Source: a virus (lineage: Duplodnaviria > Caudoviricetes). From it: 62,278 nt of DNA. The translations under genes were made by a program, and so were the position numbers. The notes beneath the pieces were generated by a model. That model searched no databases. It was not told the DNA's origin and saw only the letters and a program-made list of their open reading frames with translations. The stretch lies in IMG/VR virus record IMGVR_UViG_3300049893_000311, positions 1 to 62,278 of that record. One strand, 5' to 3'. Below are positions 7,430 to 14,444 of this stretch, one piece after another (position 1 is the stretch's first letter; each line of letters begins with the position of its first letter).

Positions 7430-8502
7430 CGATATCTCCGAATGCTCTCAATGATAAAATCTGTATCATCATTAGTTAGCCACCAACCACATGGAACATT
7501 TGTTTGGTGTGTAGAGAAGTAGTCCAGTCCTGGCAAGGTTCTAGTATCAAACTCTTTCGTGACACTGTACTTATCATTTCTAGTGTGTACCTGTGCTGCC
7601 TGGATTCCATTGGCATTAAGGTATCTCTCAAAGTCGTCACGATCTATACCGTTATTCACCACAAGTGGGAAGATCCAGTATGAGGTGTCCTCGTAGTAGG
7701 GCGGTACGAACAGCCAATCCAAATCCTTTAAGGCTTCGTACATATGCTTGGCGTTGTTCCTGTGAACGTGAACTCCCATTGCTGCAGATCGCATATTAGC
7801 CAATGCGATAGTTGCGCTGATATCATTCATATTGTACTTATAGCCGATGGTGTTGATATCCTGCATCGACCGGAAACTTTCATTATTATCTCTGTCTAGA
7901 CCATACCAGCGCTTCATACGGGCAAGCCTGTGAGTTTCTTCCGGAGTTACCAGGAGTCCGCCGTCGCCTGCCGTCAGGAACTTAATAGCCTGTAGGCTAT
8001 AAGCAATATAGTCTCCACGAGGCATGTTGTGATCGTATGTGTCCCAGGTGTGGGCGGCATCCTCAATTACTGTGGGTGCTAGCAGTTTGAGAGCATCATA
8101 CTCAGCGAACTGACCAGCCCAATTTACTCCGACAATCGCCTTAGTCTTATCAGTGGCAATTCTTTCAACATCAAATACGCTAATGTTTCCGGTGAATGGG
8201 TAAACATCTGCCCACACAATCTTAGCGCCGCGTCGCATAAGCCCTGCGTTAGTAGCATAGCAGGTCATGGGGGTAGAGATAACCTCGTCACCTGGCTCGA
8301 TTCCGGCCAGGTCGAATGCTAGATCAAGTGCTGACGTAGCAGAGTTGACAGCAACAGGCTCACGAGGAAGATTAAGATACTGATGGGATACGGCCTCTAG
8401 TTCGTCCACCCTCGGGCCCTGCGTGACGAAGCCTGAGGAGAGTGTCTCTGCAACCTTCTCGTTGGCGACCGGTGACATATTTACTTTGAACAGTGGGATC
8501 AT
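7426..8502 (-). CDS. DegT/DnrJ/EryC1/StrS PLP-dependent sugar aminotransferase
   Basis: VNSATSAL, IEDAAH, SLQAIK.L..GDGG, GYKYNMND; leaderless start after TATAAT. Confidence 0.9.
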   Translation of the reverse strand: MIPLFKVNMSPVANEKVAETLSSGFVTQGPRVDELEAVSHQYLNLPREPVAVNSATSALDLAFDLAGIEPGDEVISTPMTCYATNAGLMRRGAKIVWADVYPFTGNISVFDVERIATDKTKAIVGVNWAGQFAEYDALKLLAPTVIEDAAHTWDTYDHNMPRGDYIAYSLQAIKFLTAGDGGLLVTPEETHRLARMKRWYGLDRDNNESFRSMQDINTIGYKYNMNDISATIALANMRSAAMGVHVHRNNAKHMYEALKDLDWLFVPPYYEDTSYWIFPLVVNNGIDRDDFERYLNANGIQAAQVHTRNDKYSVTKEFDTRTLPGLDYFSTHQTNVPCGWWLTNDDTDFIIESIRRYR

Positions 8503-8508
8503 AGTAAC

Positions 8509-8537
8509 ATTATACCAACTCTGTGTCGGTCGGTCCA
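8509..8537 (-). promoter_or_regulatory. Promoter TGGACC-17-TATAAT, leaderless
   Basis: ATG 6 nt after -10. Confidence 0.6.
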
Positions 8538-9238
8538 TCGTCAATTACAACGAAATGATTTGACCTCTGCCCCAATTGATCTGAAAAGACGCCCTTATAC
8601 TGCACAACCATTTCGTTGAATGGGCATGGACCGAAGGCTTCGAACATTTGTGAGTATACCTCAGCGTCTAATGCTGCTGTCTGAGGTGCCGGGAACTTTA
8701 TGCCAGCCTCTTTCCAGTCCTTGATTCGCCAGGATACCTGGCTTGCATCTACCCTGCAGTATGGATCAATTGGCCAAGTGTGGGCGTTTAGAAATGTTCC
8801 ATAGTCGAACGGCATATTATCTATTGACGGATATGTAGTGGGGTCATAGACGCTAACGTGCCCATAACTATACTTGACATCTTGATTGGCAGTGTAATAT
8901 CTGTCCAGACCATTTATATATCCGGGTACCAGGGCGTCGTCGTCACAAAGCATGATTCCTAAATCTGCGTCTGTGTCCTCTATCGCCTTGTTCCAGAAGG
9001 AACCAAATCTGCTCCCTCCCTGAGCCAACTTCTGCTCTACGGAATCGTTAGTGTTATAAAGAGTAACGTCGCCAATTGTCCAGACATATTGATCTATTAC
9101 ATCTCTGAGTGGCTTGGTGGAACCATCATCCACAATCGCCAGGTGGTAGTCTGCATCCCCCTGAGCACAGATAGAGTCTAGCGCCAGTTTGACCATTTCA
9201 GGTCGCTCATAGTATGCCATTAGAATAAGTGTCTTCAA
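8510..9238 (-). CDS. Glycosyltransferase family 2
   Basis: AYYERP, VDDGST, LCDDD motifs. Confidence 0.85.
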   Translation of the reverse strand: MKTLILMAYYERPEMVKLALDSICAQGDADYHLAIVDDGSTKPLRDVIDQYVWTIGDVTLYNTNDSVEQKLAQGGSRFGSFWNKAIEDTDADLGIMLCDDDALVPGYINGLDRYYTANQDVKYSYGHVSVYDPTTYPSIDNMPFDYGTFLNAHTWPIDPYCRVDASQVSWRIKDWKEAGIKFPAPQTAALDAEVYSQMFEAFGPCPFNEMVVQYKGVFSDQLGQRSNHFVVIDDGPTDTELV

Positions 9239-10077
9239 TGATTTATTCGCTCCAATATTTCTGGATTATGCCTATATCTTTCGAGAATGGCCGCTCTTGT
9301 TGGCTCCACCCACTCAAACAAAGACTCGTCCCGGCCTATTGGAATATCATGCGCCAAGGACCACTGAAAGTCTACATCTGGTCTTCTAGAGTCCTGACAC
9401 TCCACCCGATCAAGTACGCCTTTATTCATCTTGACCTCGAACTCCTCTTTAGAAAGAGTAATGTAGTGGTATAGTTTTAACTTGTTCATTGTATAATCGT
9501 CGGGAGAAAATGCTCCATATATTGCATTGTGGTTTTCTGTCACAGAAAAAAGACCTGGCTGGTACAGGAAGTTATGTGGGTGACCGGCGTGTTGGAGGGC
9601 TAGGTGCGGTTGGAAAATAGTCTTTATATGATACATGGGATCCTTAGCAGCATCGAAATAGTTCTCCATCAACAACCCCTCCGGACGATAGATGTGTCCA
9701 GAGGAGTTTATTAGTTGCCATGCTACACTAACTCCCCCATAGTTCTCGTATTCTGACAGCATCTCTGGCAGACTTTTCCCTGTCGGACTAATCAAGCGTT
9801 CATCAATAGCATGATAGTGTAGCCACCTGGTCTTGAATGCTTGCTCCTGAATGCAGTAATCCATCACCCAACTGTTCTTGCTTATGTTTAATCCATCAGG
9901 ATAAGTTCGTAACTCTACCAGGTCTCCGTATGGCTCTAAAATTTCCCTGGTCCCATCCGTGGAGCCATTGTCGTAGAAGATAAAATGGTCGAACCCCTGC
10001 ATGAGATGAAACTCTAGATATTCTGGAAGATATCTCCCTTCATTTTTTATCCAATAAATTCCAGTTAGGTTATACAT
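9235..10077 (-). CDS. Glycosyltransferase family 92-like
   Basis: KNE.RYL.E.LEFH...GFDHF.FYDNGSTD; IDE; HY.T.S.EEF..K. Confidence 0.8.
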   Translation of the reverse strand: MYNLTGIYWIKNEGRYLPEYLEFHLMQGFDHFIFYDNGSTDGTREILEPYGDLVELRTYPDGLNISKNSWVMDYCIQEQAFKTRWLHYHAIDERLISPTGKSLPEMLSEYENYGGVSVAWQLINSSGHIYRPEGLLMENYFDAAKDPMYHIKTIFQPHLALQHAGHPHNFLYQPGLFSVTENHNAIYGAFSPDDYTMNKLKLYHYITLSKEEFEVKMNKGVLDRVECQDSRRPDVDFQWSLAHDIPIGRDESLFEWVEPTRAAILERYRHNPEILERINH

Positions 10078-10513
10078 TTATATACTCCAATGGGTAGTCT
10101 GTACAGATTCCTAAGAGGTTGTCGGTCGGCTCCCACAATTCTGGTAATACAGAGATGCTGTTTTCCAGCGGTGGTGCCGATGGGTGGGTCCATACCACCC
10201 CGTTACTTACCAGGGTGTACGAATCTGTGATATGGAAAAAATACCTCAAATCCTTAAGGAACGAGTTAGAAACCTTTTCTAGCGCAGTGCCGTTCTTGCA
10301 GTGGATCCAAAGGTTGTCTCTGTAGTGGTGCAGCCATTCTGCAGACACCTCGTACTGCAACTCATCGTGTCCTAAATAGAAGCAGCCATTAACCCACCAC
10401 AGGTCTACCTCTACATCAAGCCCTAGGTGAATCACGCTCTGTATCTGCTTGGGTGAATTCTCGGAATTTGGGTCGGGCCCGTACAGGTTGCCCCGGTGAG
10501 AAATAATTACCAC
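10070..10513 (-). CDS. GDPD/PLC-like phosphodiesterase-fold protein
   Basis: ISHRGN, DVEVD, LGHD, WIHCKN, GICTDY. Confidence 0.75.
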   Translation of the reverse strand: MVIISHRGNLYGPDPNSENSPKQIQSVIHLGLDVEVDLWWVNGCFYLGHDELQYEVSAEWLHHYRDNLWIHCKNGTALEKVSNSFLKDLRYFFHITDSYTLVSNGVVWTHPSAPPLENSISVLPELWEPTDNLLGICTDYPLEYINV

Positions 10514-11880
10514 CGATCCTCCTTTAAAAATTCTTCCAGATCTTCTGGTGTGCCGAGACCATGCATATCATCAACATCGAACGTCTTAAACTTTAAACCG
10601 CCCTGTATTCCCTCATTAAATGCCGGACAGACATAAAACTCATTATTAGTTCTAATGTTTTTATCAATCATCTGCTTGGCAGAGGCAACGTAGTCGCTAC
10701 CGCGCTTCCAGTAATAAATACCGACAGTCGCATTATGCGAAATAGGATTTTTTTCGGCTACTCTTTCAACGTATCCATCCTCCCCAACCTTAGCGAACGA
10801 CCACTTGGGGTGAGTGGACTTGAATGTCACTATTCCCCCGTCTGTAGCCGACTCCTGCATAAAGTAGAAGAAGTCTGAGGGCGACCACTCTACATACTGG
10901 TCCGAGTTTGCCAGTAGAAGCGGGCTCTCGTTGTCTATAAACTCTGACGCTAACAGAGTGGTAACTGCTGCGCCCTCCGTCAGACCATCAGTTTCCACGA
11001 TTTTGACCTGACCAGGCGTGATAAGTTGTAGCATTGTGTCAAGATTGTACTTCTGCCGATGTTCTGATCTAACAATGTAAATAAATGTCGCGTCCTGTAT
11101 TCCAAGATTTTCAACAACCACCTGAATCATTGGTTTTCCCCTGACAGAAATCAGAGGCTTAGGAAAAGTATATCCGGCACTCTCAAATCTAGATCCGGCT
11201 CCGGCCATAGGAATAACTACGTTCAGGCTTGACTGTGACCATGAAGAATTCATTTTACCATTATACCCTCCGATTCTAGATTCCACAAACTCTTTTGTCA
11301 CCTCTAGCGGGTCGGAGATTCTTAATGTGTTTGCTCCGGAGAGCGTGGCAGCCCTTAGTCCGACCGGAGAGTCTTCTAGGATCAATGTTTCTTCTGGAAG
11401 AACCCCATAAAGAGACATAACCTTCCAGTACATTTCCGGGTGTGGCTTAGAATTTTTCACATCTTCGTTAGAGACAATGATATCAAAATATTCTTTTATA
11501 CCCAATCTCTCTAGCACGAGGGCCGTAGTGGATCTGATGGAGTTGGAGCAACAGGCAATCTTGACCCCTCTTGCTGTCAACGACCTCATAAGATCTACGA
11601 GAATGTGATTTACGCCAACAGACCTATTTATCACCTCGGCTGTAAACTCCTGCTTTCTTTTCCAGATAGAATCATGGGCTCCTCGTGGGAGTCCACGCTT
11701 TTCTGACAGCATGTTTAACTTCTCGGTAGTCTTTAATCCGTCAAAGACGGACAGGTGCTCTTTCTCGGAGATAACATACTGTGCCCCCTGCTCTTTAAGG
11801 GCTTCGTTCAGGGCGTGAAAATGAATATCTTTAGTAGATACAAGAACTCCATCAAGGTCGAACGCTATAAGTTTTATCAT
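10507..11880 (-). CDS. HAD hydrolase / sugar nucleotidyltransferase fusion
   Basis: N-term FDLDG...SNS...KP.P...EDS; C-term PMAGAGSRF..AGY..PKPL, NSDQ, GLGTPEDL. Confidence 0.9.
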   Translation of the reverse strand: MIKLIAFDLDGVLVSTKDIHFHALNEALKEQGAQYVISEKEHLSVFDGLKTTEKLNMLSEKRGLPRGAHDSIWKRKQEFTAEVINRSVGVNHILVDLMRSLTARGVKIACCSNSIRSTTALVLERLGIKEYFDIIVSNEDVKNSKPHPEMYWKVMSLYGVLPEETLILEDSPVGLRAATLSGANTLRISDPLEVTKEFVESRIGGYNGKMNSSWSQSSLNVVIPMAGAGSRFESAGYTFPKPLISVRGKPMIQVVVENLGIQDATFIYIVRSEHRQKYNLDTMLQLITPGQVKIVETDGLTEGAAVTTLLASEFIDNESPLLLANSDQYVEWSPSDFFYFMQESATDGGIVTFKSTHPKWSFAKVGEDGYVERVAEKNPISHNATVGIYYWKRGSDYVASAKQMIDKNIRTNNEFYVCPAFNEGIQGGLKFKTFDVDDMHGLGTPEDLEEFLKEDRW

Positions 11881-11890
11881 CTATACAACC

Positions 11891-12343
11891 TTATACCGTA
11901 CGCCTAACCATAGAGACTACGCCATTATGCTCAGCAGTCTCGACAAATCCGAGTGATCGATAGAGATTGATTGCCTTATTATTAGTAGAAAGAACGTCCA
12001 ATTCTGGTACGAACTGGTCATCATTAGTCAGATCAATTAGAGTCTGGAACAGTTTTTTCCCATGACCCTGCCCCTGATACTCTTCCAGAATTGCGCCGGT
12101 TAAGAGAGCAGCCGAAGCATCCTGCCTGTTAATAATACCATAGCCAATCGCCTTGCCTTGACTAAAATAAAGAAACAGTCTCAACCTTTCATGGTCGAGA
12201 CTGCTATACCACTCTATCTGCTCACTCTCTGTAATCATTTTGGTGTTATTAGTCATAAATTGACGAACACTATTACGAATCAGGCGGGCCGCTTCAAGTT
12301 CTCGCTCTAGGTTTGGCCTATCAGGAGTAATTTCTACCAGCAT
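11891..12343 (-). CDS. GNAT N-acetyltransferase (PseH-like)
   Basis: RN..RQFM...I...EQ..W; QGQGHG; N.KAINLY.SLGF. Confidence 0.85.
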   Translation of the reverse strand: MLVEITPDRPNLERELEAARLIRNSVRQFMTNNTKMITESEQIEWYSSLDHERLRLFLYFSQGKAIGYGIINRQDASAALLTGAILEEYQGQGHGKKLFQTLIDLTNDDQFVPELDVLSTNNKAINLYRSLGFVETAEHNGVVSMVRRTV

Positions 12344-12344
12344 A

Positions 12345-12626
12345 TTAGAATGTTTCTGTGTTTACTGTTACCGTGTGTCCATCGTCATGATTGATGGTAT
12401 ATGTGTATGGGTCCGCCTTGGTAATGGTGCCGTGGGAGACTATAGGATTCTGCCAGTACGGAGTATAATCACCGGCACCATAAGTCGTCTCAACAACTGT
12501 TTCCTTGACTAAATTACCCTTACCATCATATTCTCTGGTAGTGGTAATTGTCTTAGTAGTACGCGGGTAGTTGTACTGTCCGTAATCGACTACATTCGTT
12601 GGCGGGCCAATCGGATTAATCATCAT
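12345..12626 (-). CDS. Hypothetical protein (start uncertain)
   Basis: ORF directly downstream of tRNA-Ala. Confidence 0.6.
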   Translation of the reverse strand: MMINPIGPPTNVVDYGQYNYPRTTKTITTTREYDGKGNLVKETVVETTYGAGDYTPYWQNPIVSHGTITKADPYTYTINHDDGHTVTVNTETF

Positions 12627-12627
12627 G

Positions 12628-12700
12628 TGGAGCATTAGGGAGTCGAACCCTATCCTATTCCTTGCAAAAGAATCGTGCCATCCCTTAACACCTATGCCCC
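12628..12700 (-). tRNA. tRNA-Ala(TGC)
   Basis: G3:U70 pair; ATTCT-TTTGCAA-GGAAT. Confidence 0.95.
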
Positions 12701-12705
12701 TCTAT

Positions 12706-12776
12706 ACGAGGTGTTCTTTTTTGAACTACCGGAGTCTCGACTTCCAGGCAATGAATTTCACATTGCGTTTCCTCGT
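12706..12776 (-). ncRNA. Circularly permuted tRNA-like module (YrlA-type topology)
   Basis: ACGAGG-AAAC-[GCAATG-TGAAATT-CATTGC]-[CTGGA..TCCGG]-TA-[GTTC-AAAAAA-GAAC]-A-CCTCGT. Confidence 0.65.
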
Positions 12777-12849
12777 GGCTTCGGGTCAGAGGGTCGAACT
12801 CCGATTCGTAGATTCAAAGTCTACTGTCCTGCCATTAGACGAACCCGAA
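12776..12849 (-). tRNA. tRNA-Gln(TTG)
   Basis: TTCGGGT/ACCCGAA-G-CCA; GTAGA-CTTTGAA-TCTAC. Confidence 0.95.
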
Positions 12850-13266
12850 TTAAATTAATTCTTTGCAATTACCCTTCCATGTTCTGATGCGGTGGCAGTT
12901 GCTACACACAACATCACACTTAGAAATTTCCTTTTCGATCTTTTCTACGCTTCCGAGGTTAATCATCTTTGCAATTGTGAACTCTTTATCCGCCGGGTCT
13001 CGGTGATCAAAGTCCATAACATAGAATGGATATTTGACTCCACAATCCATACATGGAACGTCTCTAGCCACTCTAGTAACTTTTCTTAGAGCATCTTGAC
13101 TCGCCTTGTTTCTAGTATACAGTCTTTCTCGCTCCTTGTCAACCGAGTTGTAGTATTCCTTATACCACATCTTTTGACACTCACGACACTTAGACTGATA
13201 CTTGTCCCTTTTCCGATTGAACTGGTCTACCGGCTTTGAAACACCACACGAATTGCAAGTTTTCAT
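12850..13266 (-). CDS. HNH endonuclease with N-terminal Zn finger (leaderless start MKTCNSCG)
   Basis: CxxC pairs, MDFDH...CDVVCSNCHRIR. Confidence 0.85.
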   Translation of the reverse strand: MKTCNSCGVSKPVDQFNRKRDKYQSKCRECQKMWYKEYYNSVDKERERLYTRNKASQDALRKVTRVARDVPCMDCGVKYPFYVMDFDHRDPADKEFTIAKMINLGSVEKIEKEISKCDVVCSNCHRIRTWKGNCKELI

Positions 13267-13272
13267 ACCATG

Positions 13273-13301
13273 ATTATACATGGATTCGAACCCTATGTCA
13301 A
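13273..13301 (-). promoter_or_regulatory. Perfect consensus promoter TTGACA-17-TATAAT, leaderless
   Basis: ATG 6 nt after -10. Confidence 0.85.
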
Positions 13302-13311
13302 GTTCGAGGGG

Positions 13312-13385
13312 CTCGGCGGGGAAGGATCGAACTTCCGACTTCAAGATTCAGAGTCTTGCTGCATATGCCAACAATGCGCCGCCGA
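13312..13385 (-). tRNA. tRNA-Gln(CTG)
   Basis: TCGGCGG/CCGCCGA-G; CAAGA-CTCTGAA-TCTTG. Confidence 0.9.
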
Positions 13386-13397
13386 ATAACTATTATT

Positions 13398-13426
13398 AGT
13401 TTAGCACACTATATAAAGCGTGTCAA
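13398..13426 (-). promoter_or_regulatory. Promoter TTGACA-17-TAAACT
   Basis: Consensus match upstream of tRNA-Gln(CTG). Confidence 0.75.
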
Positions 13427-13429
13427 CTT

Positions 13430-13504
13430 TGGTGCATCCGGACGGTGCTGCCCCGCCGACATTCGCGTTTAGAGTGCGACGTTCTACTGTTGAACTACGG
13501 ATGC
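13430..13504 (-). tRNA. Amber-anticodon tRNA(CTA) #1, full cloverleaf
   Basis: GCATCCG/CGGATGC-A-CCA; TCGCA-CTCTAAA-CGCGA; T-loop GGCAGCA. Confidence 0.85.
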
Positions 13505-13505
13505 T

Positions 13506-13657
13506 TGGTGGGCATATGCGTTACTAGCGCAACCTAGCAGATCAAGGAAACGGACTACCTATAGGATATCCTTCCGCAGCCTGGGCCTTGGATATAGGCG
13601 TTTATCGTGTGCTGTCACTACTAGAGGAAGGCGTTACTAGCAATACCTTCGCTGCCC
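13506..13657 (-). ncRNA. 152-nt ACCA-ended RNA with two CU-AGU-AA loops
   Basis: GGGCA/TGCCC-ACCA; GAAGGT..G-CTAGTAA-C-GCCTTC; CTAGTAG/CTGCTAG; TGCG-CTAGTAA-CGCA; fills the space between two tRNAs. Confidence 0.75.
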
Positions 13658-13658
13658 G

Positions 13659-13725
13659 AGCCCCGGAGGGGAATTGAACCCCAAGTCTGGCTTTTAGAGA
13701 GCCGTCTTGCGCCTGCGTCCGAGGC
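13659..13725 (-). tRNA. Amber-anticodon tRNA(CTA) #2, 67 nt with reduced D-arm
   Basis: GCCTCGG/CCGGGGC-T; GGCT-CTCTAAA-AGCC; GGGG-TTCAATT-CCCC. Confidence 0.7.
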
Positions 13726-13728
13726 AGA

Positions 13729-13756
13729 TGAGCAGTTTTAGTCATGCTCAGGACTA
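13729..13756 (-). other. Compact H-type pseudoknot upstream of tRNA(CTA) #2
   Basis: TAGTC/GACTA stem; loop TGAGCA pairs TGCTCA. Confidence 0.65.
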
Positions 13757-13790
13757 GGGATAAAAGATTTTATCCTCCACCACTTAGTTG

Positions 13791-13820
13791 TTACTAAGTC
13801 TATGTCTAGGTCTATGTCAC
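13791..13820 (-). CDS. Minigene GTG-ACA-TAG-ACC-TAG-ACA-TAG-ACT-TAG-TAA (M-T-X-T-X-T-X-T-X if amber is read)
   Basis: SD AGGGGGTG 7 nt upstream; repeat varies only at the Thr wobble position; ends in TAA. Confidence 0.65.
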
Positions 13821-13861
13821 GACTCACCACCCCCTATAAGAGATTGGCGTTTCGCCTTAAC

Positions 13862-14416
13862 CTATGGGTCTAGAAAATCCCCATCTAGAACAGTTTTCAT
13901 TGCCGCCTCGCGTGGAATCATACCCAAGTAACACATCCAACAGTGCCACGGACCTGAGTGTGGACATTCCTTAGGACGCAACTGGTAGACTGCCGGAGCA
14001 GTTGCAGGCTGCGGTCCAGATCCACAGTCAGGACATTCCTCACCAATAAGCAGGATGCGTCCAGACATACAGGTATCGCAAACATCTAGACGCCCAGCAC
14101 GCTTTTCAGCGCGGCGCTTAAACGTGCTCTGACGGCGCTGTGGAAGCGTGCCGTCCTTGTAAGGAACCATATCACCCTTAAGTTGGTTACACTTGCGATG
14201 CATCAACTTTAGATTATCAAGATCCCACGTTCCGCCATTAGAAAGCGGATTCCAGTGGTCTAGGGTAACGGCCCACCTGTTGTTCTCATCTTCGTAATCG
14301 ATAGAAAAGTCTAGTGGCTCCCCACACTCCGGGTGCATACAAAAATCGCCGTCCCTCTCACGAAGGAATGCGATTCGCTCTTCTCTCGATGGAGCGCGAG
14401 TCTCCACGGTTATCAC
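13862..14416 (-). CDS. HNH endonuclease with C-terminal Cys/His clusters (start 14416 or 14407; in-frame ATG-ACT-TAG at 14440)
   Basis: RDG..C...CG, TLDH..PLS.GG...DNL...H..CN..K. Confidence 0.85.
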   Translation of the reverse strand: MITVETRAPSREERIAFLRERDGDFCMHPECGEPLDFSIDYEDENNRWAVTLDHWNPLSNGGTWDLDNLKLMHRKCNQLKGDMVPYKDGTLPQRRQSTFKRRAEKRAGRLDVCDTCMSGRILLIGEECPDCGSGPQPATAPAVYQLRPKECPHSGPWHCWMCYLGMIPREAAMKTVLDGDFLDP

Positions 14417-14444
14417 CTTTTCGCTAGTGTTCTAAGTCATGGGT

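Noticed and set aside
13506-13657. tmRNA or SRP RNA
   Set aside because: Too short for tmRNA, no G3:U70 and no convincing tag ORF; CAGG..GGAAG lacks the AGCAG partner of SRP helix 8.
13659-13725. True pyrrolysine tRNA/system
   Set aside because: U rather than G discriminator, canonical TTC T-loop, and no pylS/pylBCD in the window.
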